Assembly: GCA_044450345.1 (NCBI GenBank)
Contig: JBIOIY010000002.1
Location: 32,001 to 96,000 of the forward strand
Direction: 5' to 3'
DNA: 64,000 nucleotides
Source of the DNA: Thermodesulfovibrionales bacterium
Lineage (GTDB): Bacteria; Nitrospirota; Thermodesulfovibrionia; Thermodesulfovibrionales; UBA6898
The notes beneath the pieces are model-generated. The model was given only the letters and a program-made list of their open reading frames with translations. It made no database searches and had not been told where the DNA came from. Position numbers and translations under genes: made by a program. This document shows positions 9,753 to 18,586 of the stretch, in pieces; positions within the stretch are counted from its first letter, which is position 1; each line of letters begins with the position of its first letter.

Positions 9753-9953
9753 ATGGCGAACGGAACAGTGAAGTGGTTCAACGAGTCAAAGGGTTTTGGC
9801 TTCATCACCACGGAAGACAGCGGCGATGTATTCGTCCACTATTCCGCCATCCAGAGCAACGGGTTTAAGTCCCTTGCCGAGGGTGATGCGGTCAGCTTCG
9901 ACATTGAAAAGGGCCCCAAGGGTCCCAAGGCAATAAATGTAACGAAGGTCTAG
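9753..9953 (+). CDS. cspA: Cold-shock protein
   Basis: [15 protein letters not shown] (RNP1), DVFVHYSAI (RNP2); AGGAGG RBS. Confidence 0.97.
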   Translation: MANGTVKWFNESKGFGFITTEDSGDVFVHYSAIQSNGFKSLAEGDAVSFDIEKGPKGPKAINVTKV

Positions 9954-9973
9954 TCGGCTTCACTCAATTGAAG

Positions 9974-10005
9974 AAAAAAGTCCCCCTGCGAAGGGGGATT
10001 TTTTT
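9974..10005 (+). terminator. Rho-independent terminator after csp
   Basis: tccccct-gcga-aggggga followed by T7. Confidence 0.85.
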
Positions 10006-10056
10006 GTCTTCCCGTCCTAAGTAAATCATCAAAGTTCTCGTTTTACACATTATGAC

Positions 10057-10182
10057 GGAGGGACTGTCTTTTCGCTCATTCCCTGCCTGCCAGCAGGCAG
10101 GTCGCTTCGCTCCGAGGCAATTTCTCGCCTCGCCTGCGGCAGGCAATACGAGAAATTGAAGCCGCTCAAAGACAGCCCCTCC
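10057..10182. repeat. Modular hairpin repeat, copy 2
   Basis: Outer arms ggagggactgtcttt / aaagacagcccctcc; inner hairpins cctgcctgccagcaggcagg and aatttctcg...cgagaaatt. Confidence 0.85.
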
Positions 10183-10355
10183 ATTACGGCTGAATAATAT
10201 GTTAGGTGAGGCGGCCTGGTGTCTCGGAGCGAAGAAATGAGCGAGAATGCGGATCCGTTGACTTTTTCCTCAGGATTATTCTATAAAGAATAAGGGCCGG
10301 CATCATTCACGGCCCTTCGCAGTGAAATCTTGTTACTACTATTGTGAGGTGTGAT

Positions 10356-12293
10356 ATGACTGTTCAGAAATTCGAATTTAAGACGGAAGTAAAAGAGCTT
10401 CTCAACCTGATGATCCATTCCCTCTATTCCCATAAGGAGATCTTCGTCCGTGAACTTATCTCTAACGCCTCGGATGCTATTGACAAGGCGCGTTATGAGT
10501 CGCTTACAAAGAGCGATATCATCGATAACGCCGGTCCCTGGAAGATCATGATAAAAAGAGACAAGGCCGCGGGCACGCTGACTGTGAGCGATAACGGCAT
10601 CGGCATGACAATGGATGAGATAGTCGATGCCCTCGGCACTATCGCCCATTCCGGAACTACGGACTTTCTCAAGGCGCTGCACGACAAGGACGTCAAAGAC
10701 CTGCCTACCGGACAGGCAGGCAAGCCCGACCTCATAGGACAGTTCGGCGTCGGTTTTTATTCGTCTTTTATGGTGGCCGACACGGTGACGGTCATTTCGA
10801 GAAAGGCCGGTACAACGGATAAAAAGGCGGTCTCTTGGCAATCCGCTGCGGACGGTTCCTTTGAAGTCGGAGTTGCCGAGAAAGAAACGGTCGGCACGGA
10901 CGTTGTGCTGTATCTTAAAGAGGAGGAAAAGAAATACCTCGAAGAATGGGAGTTGAGGACCGTCATCAAGAAATACTCCGACTACATCGAATACCCGATC
11001 GTCATGGAGGTGGAAAGGGAAAAGGAGGATGAAAAGGAGAAGGGCAAAAAGGTCAATGTGACCGAGGAGGAGAGGGTCAACTCGGGAAAGGCGATATGGC
11101 TGAAAGATAAGTCCGAGGTTCAGGACGACGAATATAAGGAATTTTACCGGCATATCTCTCATGATTTCGGCGACCCTGCGAAGGTCATCCATTATAAGGC
11201 GGAGGGGACCTCGGAGTTTACCGCCCTTCTTTATGTACCGGCCAAGGCGCCTTTCGGGATGTTTTATAAGGATTACAAGATCGGCCCGTCCCTTTATGTA
11301 AAAAGGGTGCAGATTATGGACCATTGTGAACAGCTTGTTCCGGAATACCTCCGGTTTGTGAAAGGTGTGGTCGATTCGTCGGACCTTCCCCTGAACGTGT
11401 CGAGGGAGATACTCCAGAACAACAGGCATGTGGAGATCATAAAAAAAAATATCGTCAAGAAGGTGCTCGATGGCCTCGCCGATATGAAAAAGAATGAATA
11501 CGTTCAGTATGTCGATTTTTATAAAGAGTTCGGCAGGGTCCTGAAGGAGGGTATCCATTACGATCTGTCAAAAAAAGAACAGATATCAGATCTTCTCCTT
11601 TTTCCCTCCACAAAGACCGGGGCGGATACATTCACGACCCTTCAGGATTACGTGAGCGGGATGCCGGAGGGCCAGGAGAGCATCTATTATATTACCGGAA
11701 GGACATACGAGGAAGCCTCCAAGTCCCCCTATCTTGAGGCATTCAGAGACAAGGAGTACGAGGTGCTGATCATGCTGGACGAGATCGATGATTTTATTAT
11801 GGGCGGCCTCCTTGAGTACAAAGGCAAGAAATTGAGGTCTGTGGTCAAAGGCGACATCGATCTCGATAAGGACGGCACTTCCGCGAAGGAAAAGGTGAAA
11901 GGCGAATTCGAGAAACTGATCGAGTTCATCAGGGAGATGCTGCGGGACGATGTCAAGGACGTACGCCTCTCCGGAAGGCTGAAGGACTCGGCCTGCTGTC
12001 TTGTTACGGAAGAGGGCGGACTCGACCCCAACATGGAAAAAATCCTGAAGGCGATGGGGCAGGAGGTCCCTTCTACGAAGAGGATCCTCGAAATAAACCC
12101 TTCACATCCGCTCCTTGAAACCATGAAAGGAGTTCTGGAGAAAGAGGGGAGGGCGCCCGTGCTGAAGGAATTCGCAGAACTCCTCTATAACCAGGCATTG
12201 CTGCTCGAAGGATCACGGCCGAAAGACCCTGCAGCATTTGTTAAGTCTGTTGCAAAACTGATGGTCGATAACGCAAAACAAAAGACCGGCTGA
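10356..12293 (+). CDS. htpG: Molecular chaperone HtpG (Hsp90)
   Basis: LMIHSLYSHKEIFVRELISNASDA, DNGIGMT, IGQFGVGFYS, LEINPSHP; start at ATG after GAGGTG. Confidence 0.97.
   Translation: MTVQKFEFKTEVKELLNLMIHSLYSHKEIFVRELISNASDAIDKARYESLTKSDIIDNAGPWKIMIKRDKAAGTLTVSDNGIGMTMDEIVDALGTIAHSGTTDFLKALHDKDVKDLPTGQAGKPDLIGQFGVGFYSSFMVADTVTVISRKAGTTDKKAVSWQSAADGSFEVGVAEKETVGTDVVLYLKEEEKKYLEEWELRTVIKKYSDYIEYPIVMEVEREKEDEKEKGKKVNVTEEERVNSGKAIWLKDKSEVQDDEYKEFYRHISHDFGDPAKVIHYKAEGTSEFTALLYVPAKAPFGMFYKDYKIGPSLYVKRVQIMDHCEQLVPEYLRFVKGVVDSSDLPLNVSREILQNNRHVEIIKKNIVKKVLDGLADMKKNEYVQYVDFYKEFGRVLKEGIHYDLSKKEQISDLLLFPSTKTGADTFTTLQDYVSGMPEGQESIYYITGRTYEEASKSPYLEAFRDKEYEVLIMLDEIDDFIMGGLLEYKGKKLRSVVKGDIDLDKDGTSAKEKVKGEFEKLIEFIREMLRDDVKDVRLSGRLKDSACCLVTEEGGLDPNMEKILKAMGQEVPSTKRILEINPSHPLLETMKGVLEKEGRAPVLKEFAELLYNQALLLEGSRPKDPAAFVKSVAKLMVDNAKQKTG
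10700..10720. repeat. 21-bp palindromic element inside htpG coding sequence
   Basis: cctgcct-accggac-aggcagg; same 7-bp arms as the intergenic element at 10082-10101. Confidence 0.75.
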
Positions 12294-12311
12294 AATTCTG
12301 ATTTCGAAAAC

Positions 12312-12436
12312 ACACCGTACGGGACTGTTTTTCGCTCATTCTCGTCCCGAGAAAGTCGGGACTCCGAGGCAATTTCTCGCCTCGCCCGCGGGCGATACGA
12401 GAAATTGAAGCCGCTCAAAACAGTCCCGCACGGTGT
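12312..12436. repeat. Modular hairpin repeat, copy 3
   Basis: Outer arms acaccgtacgggactgtttt / aaaacagtcccgcacggtgt; core nearly identical to copy 2 (ctccgaggcaatttctcgcctcgcc...atacgagaaattgaagccgctcaaa). Confidence 0.85.
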
Positions 12437-12465
12437 CAATTAGGCTAAAAAGTGCGGTTCCGGCC

Positions 12466-12644
12466 AATGCAGGAGCATGTGGAGAAAATCTTTATCTGTT
12501 CTCCCCGGCGAATCCGCTGAGGCGGACGCCACCTTTGTAAGGACATCATGCACTTTCGTGGACACATATTTTCATGACTGAGGCTTATACTCCTGATCAG
12601 CAAATTGCGACATTATAAAGTTTTTCGGAGCATGTTCCTGCATT
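12466..12644. repeat. MITE-like element with 30-bp imperfect terminal inverted repeats
   Basis: 12466-12495 vs reverse complement of 12615-12644 match at 24 of 30 positions; no ORF inside. Confidence 0.5.
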
Positions 12645-12689
12645 AACCGTTTTTTTGGGTAAATATCTTAGAGATGGTAAATTCAGCAT

Positions 12690-13274
12690 TTATAGGACAT
12701 GAACGCCGAATTTTTTAAGGGCCTCCACCAGGGAACTCAGGGGTAGGCCGATGACATTGAAATAATCCCCCTCGATCCTATCGATGATTAGAGAGCCCAG
12801 GCCCTGAATCGCATAGGCGCCGGCCTTGTCGAGGGGTTCTCCTGCCTTCACGTAAGACGCCAGCTCCTGTTTCGTCAATTTTCTGAACCATACCTTTGTC
12901 TCGACCGACCTTGAAAGAGTCTTACGGGACGCGGTATCTATGATCGTAAACCCGGTGATTACAGAATGGGACTGCCCGTTCAGAAGGCCGAGCATCCGCA
13001 TCGCGTCTTCTTTAGAAGAGGGTTTTCCAAGAAGAATGTCCCCGAATACTATAAATGTATCTGCGGCAATAATCAGCGCATTCCTGTATTTTTTCGCGAC
13101 CGCTTTTGCCTTTTTGCAGGAGAGCCGTCGGGCCAGAAGACGGGGGTCGACGCCGGGGACGAGAACCTCCTCATAATCGCTCGCTTCGACAGTAAAAGTC
13201 AGCCCTGTCAGGGAAAGCAATTCCCTCCTCCTTGGAGAAGAGGACGCCAGCACTATCTTCCTGCTGTCAGACAT
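12690..13274 (-). CDS. maf: Maf-family nucleoside triphosphate pyrophosphatase
   Basis: LASSSPRRRELL, IAADT, GKP, DKAGAYAIQG, NVIGLP. Confidence 0.95.
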   Translation of the reverse strand: MSDSRKIVLASSSPRRRELLSLTGLTFTVEASDYEEVLVPGVDPRLLARRLSCKKAKAVAKKYRNALIIAADTFIVFGDILLGKPSSKEDAMRMLGLLNGQSHSVITGFTIIDTASRKTLSRSVETKVWFRKLTKQELASYVKAGEPLDKAGAYAIQGLGSLIIDRIEGDYFNVIGLPLSSLVEALKKFGVHVL

Positions 13275-14442
13275 AATGGCCCGCTGCAGACCCGGAGGCC
13301 CAGGCCCAATGAAGGTTGAATCCCCCCAGTTGTCCCGTCACATCGAGGACCTCACCGATGAAATAGAGACCCGGGACCTTCTTCACTTCGAATGTCTTCG
13401 AAGACAGCTCCCTGGTATCGATTCCTCCTACGGTGACCTCGGCCTGGATGTATCCCGCTGTGCCCTCAGGTCTCAGAGACCACCGATGCAGCCGGCTGGC
13501 GACATCTTCGAGTTCTCTCCGGTTGTATTGATAAAGAGGCTTCGAAACAAAATAGCGCGTACAAAACATTTTGCTGAACCTCTTCGGAAGATATCCCGCG
13601 AGCCAGGTATGCGCCTCGATTCTGCTCTTCGGTTCGTTTATGAGGAGTTCCAGGGCATCGCGGCCGGGAAGCAAATCGATAACGATGAAATCCCCTCTTT
13701 TCCAATAAAGCGAGGTCTGGAGGACTGCCGGACCGCTCATGCCGCTATGGGTAAAAAGGATTTCTCCGCGCACTCCGGTCTTGCCGCATTGTATGGACGC
13801 CTCGAGCGAGACGCCGCTCAACTCCTTGAAGAATGCCGCGTCGTCCGTGGCGAAGGTAAAAGGGACCAGGCCGGGGGACAGAGGCGTGATCTTCATGCCG
13901 AACTGCCTGGCGATCCGGTATCCCAGGTCGGTCGCCCCCAGCGGCGCATATGACAACCCTCCGGTCGCAATGACGAGCGACTGGGATTCAAGGACTTCCC
14001 TGCCGGTCCCAACGACGAAGTTATGTCCTTTCTCTATGGATCTGACACTCTGATGAAGGAGTATTTCAACGCCTGCATTCCTGCATTCGGCATGGAGCAT
14101 CTCTATAACATCGCGCGCGGTGTGACTGCAGAACAATTGACCGTTCTCTTTCTCATAATAGGGGACCCTGTATCTGTCGAGAAGGCGGATGAAATCTTCG
14201 GGAGTAAAGCGGGAAAGCGCTGATCTGCAGAAATCCGGGTTTTGGGAAAGGTAATTGCCCGGGCCCGCATGAAGATTCGTGAAATTGCAGCGTCCGCCTC
14301 CCGAAATACGAATCTTGGACGCCGTCTTTGCGGCATGATCGATAAGCAGCACCGAGCGTTTCCTTTTCCCTGCTTCTCTTGCGCACATGAGACCCGAAGC
14401 CCCGGCGCCTATGATAATCACGTCTCTCTTAAGCGGCATCAC
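13267..14442 (-). CDS. HI0933/BaiN/YhiN-family flavoprotein
   Basis: IIGAGASGL, KIRISGGGRCNFTN, ATGGLSY, GEVLDVTGQLGGFNLHWAWASG. Confidence 0.92.
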   Translation of the reverse strand: MMPLKRDVIIIGAGASGLMCAREAGKRKRSVLLIDHAAKTASKIRISGGGRCNFTNLHAGPGNYLSQNPDFCRSALSRFTPEDFIRLLDRYRVPYYEKENGQLFCSHTARDVIEMLHAECRNAGVEILLHQSVRSIEKGHNFVVGTGREVLESQSLVIATGGLSYAPLGATDLGYRIARQFGMKITPLSPGLVPFTFATDDAAFFKELSGVSLEASIQCGKTGVRGEILFTHSGMSGPAVLQTSLYWKRGDFIVIDLLPGRDALELLINEPKSRIEAHTWLAGYLPKRFSKMFCTRYFVSKPLYQYNRRELEDVASRLHRWSLRPEGTAGYIQAEVTVGGIDTRELSSKTFEVKKVPGLYFIGEVLDVTGQLGGFNLHWAWASGSAAGHYV

Positions 14443-14515
14443 AGATGACTATTGTACAACATCCCGGCCCTCCCGGGCTTTTTAAACATTTGCCGGAAAA
14501 TTGTACAATAGATGA

Positions 14516-15505
14516 GTGAAATTCTTTGATTCGTATATAGGGATGTACGTGCTTCAGTCGATTGCCCACTCAGTCGTTACCCTGCTTATTGTCGAGATGT
14601 CGCTCCGCATATGGGAGGTAACTATAGCGAGGGAAAGGTTCCGGTACAGGCTGCTGGTGCTCATCCTGCCTCTCTTTATGTTTCCCTTCTTCCAGTTTAT
14701 CAATCCCGAAAGGGGCTCTTTTTATTTTATGGAAGACACAGCCCTTTTCTGCAGTTCGAGATGGCTGGGAATACAGATACTGGGTCTAAGGCCTCTGCTC
14801 TATTTTTTTTATTGCATGATGGGTATTGTTTCGGCCGTCGTTTTTCTACAGGAGATGGTCCCTATTTTGAGGGACTGGTTCAATAAGCCCCAGGAATACG
14901 GCAGTGATGGGCGGCCGGCCGGACCTGAGATCGACATGCTGGTGGGTGAGATAAGCCGATTTCTGGAGACACCCAAGCCTTCGGTGCTGATTGTCGATGA
15001 CCCAAACCCTATTATATTTACGACGGGCACTACAAGCCATTCGATCGTACTTTCGGAGCCTCTTTTTTCCGTGTATAGCGCGAAAGAACTGAAGAGCGCG
15101 CTTGCCCATGAGATCGCCCATATCGTGCGGAGGAGCAACATCACTACCTTGCTCGTTTTTATTGTCAGGATCTGCATGTTCTTTAATCCGATCCCTCTCC
15201 TCGAATTCCGCAAGCTTGTCCAGGACGACGAACATATATGCGATGATATCACCGTCTCCGTGACAGGCGATCCCGGGGCCCTTGCCTCTGCGCTCAAGGT
15301 CTTCTGTCTGGACATACCGCATAGCGATGTATTTAAACTCTCCTTCGTAAAAGAAGCCATTGAGAGCTCCAGCCACAACCTGCTGCTTCAGGAACGGATA
15401 GAAAGGCTTGAGAATAACGGTCCTTTCGTTTACCATGCATATGGGTGGGGAAGATACGTCCTTACCATGGCGGTGATCATGGCGGTGAACTATTATGTTG
15501 TGTGA
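14516..15505 (+). CDS. M56/M48-like membrane zinc metallopeptidase (BlaR1-type N-terminal domain)
   Basis: Several TM segments, HEIAH zinc motif, downstream EHICDD; GTG start. Confidence 0.75.
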   Translation: MKFFDSYIGMYVLQSIAHSVVTLLIVEMSLRIWEVTIARERFRYRLLVLILPLFMFPFFQFINPERGSFYFMEDTALFCSSRWLGIQILGLRPLLYFFYCMMGIVSAVVFLQEMVPILRDWFNKPQEYGSDGRPAGPEIDMLVGEISRFLETPKPSVLIVDDPNPIIFTTGTTSHSIVLSEPLFSVYSAKELKSALAHEIAHIVRRSNITTLLVFIVRICMFFNPIPLLEFRKLVQDDEHICDDITVSVTGDPGALASALKVFCLDIPHSDVFKLSFVKEAIESSSHNLLLQERIERLENNGPFVYHAYGWGRYVLTMAVIMAVNYYVV

Positions 15506-15519
15506 GAGGGAATAAGGCG

Positions 15520-16047
15520 ATGCGGTTGCAAAAATATATCGTGTTCGTGATCATGGTGGCTGTTTTTGCCGTACTGTTGAATCTCCTTAACTGGGTCCCT
15601 ACTGTCTTCCAAAAAGAAGGGGTGAGGAAATACAAAACGATCGAGGACGTAAGGGGCGAACTCAAACTCAATAGATTATTCCTCCCTTCTTATTTCCCTC
15701 AATATCTGATATGGCCTCCCTCAGAGATTTACGCCCGCAAGAAACCCGCCAAGATGGTCTTGATGCACTTCATCAACTACGACAGGAAGGACGTTGTCCT
15801 CTCTGTTATGCAGGCGGAATCGTCCGATCCACATCCTCTAAGGTCGAGGATCGAGCCTGTCAAGACAAGAAAGCGGGACGCGATACTCATCAAGGGCAGG
15901 AGAGGGGAGCTTTCCCTTGCCCTCTGTTCGGGAGGAGAACCGTGCAATTCGGTGACCTGGGAGGAGGATGGGTATACTTTTACCATTATCGCTAAAGACT
16001 CTGTGCGGGAGCTTCTCAAGATCGCCGAGAGCATGATTTCCGAATAA
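15520..16047 (+). CDS. hypothetical membrane-anchored protein
   Basis: N-terminal TM helix then soluble domain; closely follows the peptidase gene; start moved to ATG 15520. Confidence 0.65.
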   Translation: MRLQKYIVFVIMVAVFAVLLNLLNWVPTVFQKEGVRKYKTIEDVRGELKLNRLFLPSYFPQYLIWPPSEIYARKKPAKMVLMHFINYDRKDVVLSVMQAESSDPHPLRSRIEPVKTRKRDAILIKGRRGELSLALCSGGEPCNSVTWEEDGYTFTIIAKDSVRELLKIAESMISE

Positions 16048-16346
16048 TGCGGTTTTTTCCGGCAGATAGGCTTTTTTGTAGAGTAAAACAGGAACTATTT
16101 CGGATTGTTTGCGACTGCCGGATTTGATACCCTTTAATGGGAGAAAAGGGAAACAGGTGAACCTGACTGTAAGGGGTACCAGAAAAAGGAGTCTAAATGT
16201 TAACATTAAGGCGCATAGGCGGAGAGATGAAGAATTGTCTGAAGACCTATATCAAAATGGAAGAGGAAAAAAAGGAATGAATTCAGGGAAGGGACCATTT
16301 CCGGCAACGTATGGCGGCCCTTTTCACGTAACGCCTGGAGGGCTAC

Positions 16347-17732
16347 ATGGTGAACCGTAACACATTCTTGCCATTAATAATCATCTGCATCGTCTTTGCA
16401 TTGTCAACCGAAAGTCAGGCGACCTATCTGGCAGGGGAAGAGGGCGCGGTATGCCTGGGCTGTCATGAGAACAGGGAAATGTCCCTTACCTTCAAAAGCG
16501 GAGAAAAGATGTCCCTCTACGTGGACGACCATGCGCTTCTGGGGTCGGCCCATAAGAATCTGGGATGTTCGGCCTGCCACGGCTTTACCGGCGGCGACCA
16601 TCCGAAGAGGCAGTTTAAAGACAGGAGAAGCTTCACCGCATCCATCTCCGATGCCTGCAAACAATGCCATACCTTTAAAAAAGGCATCCACCTCAGGATG
16701 ATGAGCATGCTGAAACAGGTGGTCTGCGCCGACTGCCACGGCTCCCATTCCATAAAACCCGTAAAGGAATCCGGGGATTCCTGTTTCGGCTGCCACAAGT
16801 ATGGCTTTTCACTTTCTTTCAACGACGGCAGCAGAACATCTCTCGAGATACAGGAGGAGGTCCTTAAGGCCTCGGTACACAACAAATTGAGATGTTCGGA
16901 CTGCCACTTCGGTTTTTCGTCCAAGGAACATCCCGATAGGAATTTCCAGGACAAGAGGAACTTCACGATCGTCACGTCCGAGACTTGCAGGCGATGCCAC
17001 TTCGACAAGTACACGAAGACCCTTGAAGGCATCCATTTCAATATGCTTCTCAAGGGTAACCTCAAGGCGCCGGTCTGTGTCGACTGTCACGGCGCACATG
17101 CCATAAACTCGGGACGGAAGGAGAAGTTGCGAAGTGCAAGGAGGTGTCAGACATGCCATCAGGATATCTATGCGATATATGCGATGAGCGTTCACGGCAA
17201 GGCCCTCCTCTCTTCAAACAACCAGGACGTGCCCGTTTGTTCTGATTGCCATAGGGCGCACGATATTTCAGACCCGAGGATGGCTGATTTCCGGAACGAT
17301 ATCCCCCAGATGTGCAGCAATTGTCACGCTAACGAGGAATTGATGAGGCGATATGGCCTTTCGACCGCGGTGCTGCAGTCATATCTGGAGGATTTCCATG
17401 GCGTCACCGTTTCGTATTACAGAAAGCAGAAAAACTCGATCAGGCATATTGCTGTCTGCACCGACTGCCACGGGATTCATGATATCACGAGGACGAAAGG
17501 GCCTGACGCCTCCGTCGTGAAGGCGAATCTCATCAGAAGGTGCAGGAAATGTCATGCGGGCGCGTCTGAGAACTTCCCTGACAGCTGGATTTCCCACTAT
17601 GAACCGAACTTCAAGAGGGCGCCGCTCGTATACGCTATAAATCTTATTTACACGATATTTATTCCGTTCATGATCGTCGGGCTCGTCCTGCAAATAATCC
17701 TGCATATCTGGCGCTATGCGGTCAACAGGTAA
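16347..17732 (+). CDS. Multiheme cytochrome c, 13 CxxCH motifs, C-terminal membrane anchor
   Basis: Counted CLGCH, CSACH, CKQCH, CADCH, CFGCH, CSDCH, CRRCH, CVDCH, CQTCH, CSDCH, CSNCH, CTDCH, CRKCH; signal peptide; GGAGG RBS. Confidence 0.93.
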   Translation: MVNRNTFLPLIIICIVFALSTESQATYLAGEEGAVCLGCHENREMSLTFKSGEKMSLYVDDHALLGSAHKNLGCSACHGFTGGDHPKRQFKDRRSFTASISDACKQCHTFKKGIHLRMMSMLKQVVCADCHGSHSIKPVKESGDSCFGCHKYGFSLSFNDGSRTSLEIQEEVLKASVHNKLRCSDCHFGFSSKEHPDRNFQDKRNFTIVTSETCRRCHFDKYTKTLEGIHFNMLLKGNLKAPVCVDCHGAHAINSGRKEKLRSARRCQTCHQDIYAIYAMSVHGKALLSSNNQDVPVCSDCHRAHDISDPRMADFRNDIPQMCSNCHANEELMRRYGLSTAVLQSYLEDFHGVTVSYYRKQKNSIRHIAVCTDCHGIHDITRTKGPDASVVKANLIRRCRKCHAGASENFPDSWISHYEPNFKRAPLVYAINLIYTIFIPFMIVGLVLQIILHIWRYAVNR

Positions 17733-17743
17733 AAGGGGGCTTT

Positions 17744-18508
17744 ATGATTGAGGTTGAAAAGAAAGACAGCGAATATTTAAGAAGGTTCCATCCCTTGCGC
17801 ATCATAGAGCATCAGGCGAATGCCATCGCGTTCATCGTACTCGTTATTACGGGACTTTCTCAGAAGTTCCATGATTCGTCGTGGGCGGAATGGATCATAA
17901 TAAACCTTGGCGGGATCGATAACGCAAGGCTCATCCACCGCTATTCCGGGCTTTTGCTAGGGTTCCTTACGGTCCAACATATACTGATCTCCTCCTACGG
18001 GGTCATCATGAAGAGGTGGATGCCGTACATGGTTATCAACATCAAGGACTTTACAGACGCCGTAGACAATCTGAAGTATTATTTCGGCATTACCGACAGC
18101 CCGGCCAGATGCGACCGCTACGACTACAAGCAGAAGTTCGAGTATTGGGGAGTGGTGATCGGGGGGATACTGATGGTCCTTACAGGGCTTACCCTCTGGT
18201 TTCCGACACGGGTCTTTCATCTCATCCCGTTCCTTCCCGGACAGATCATTCCGGCGGCGAAGGCCCTGCATACGAACGAGGCGATGCTCGCATTTCTCGT
18301 CATCGTCATATGGCATATTTACAATTCGGTATTCAGTCCCGACGTTTTTCCGCTGGACACCGCCATCTTTACGGGCAAAATTTCGAGGGAGCGGATGATC
18401 CATGAGCATCCCATCGAATACGAAAGACTGACCGGCGTGAAACTTCAGGACCATCATGAAGGAGATGCCGGGGAGAAGGCTCAGGAAGATGATGTAAAGA
18501 GCGCCTGA
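17744..18508 (+). CDS. Di-heme cytochrome b (FdnI/hydrogenase cytochrome b-like)
   Basis: Four TM helices with conserved His (IEHQ, LIHR, ALHT, IWHIY); RYDYKQKFEYW motif. Confidence 0.85.
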   Translation: MIEVEKKDSEYLRRFHPLRIIEHQANAIAFIVLVITGLSQKFHDSSWAEWIIINLGGIDNARLIHRYSGLLLGFLTVQHILISSYGVIMKRWMPYMVINIKDFTDAVDNLKYYFGITDSPARCDRYDYKQKFEYWGVVIGGILMVLTGLTLWFPTRVFHLIPFLPGQIIPAAKALHTNEAMLAFLVIVIWHIYNSVFSPDVFPLDTAIFTGKISRERMIHEHPIEYERLTGVKLQDHHEGDAGEKAQEDDVKSA

Positions 18509-18586
18509 TGAGGTGCGCTTTCCTTTACATCATGGAGACGAACGTTTTCAGTGGTCAACGATGACTGATATAATACGGCGGAGTCG

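Noticed and set aside
10281..11558. 425-aa minus-strand ORF
   Set aside because: Antisense shadow of htpG with no recognisable motifs; same for 51191-51886 (clpC), 54245-54994 (ino1), 34592-35407 (hybO) and 61125-61835 (secA).
9454..12436. CRISPR array
   Set aside because: Repeats are long, dispersed between genes and lack regular spacers; no cas genes.
14451..14509. Two TTGTACAA palindromes as BlaI-type operators
   Set aside because: More simply the TACAAT -10 boxes of two divergent promoters; they do not match TACA-N2-TGTA and no blaI is adjacent.
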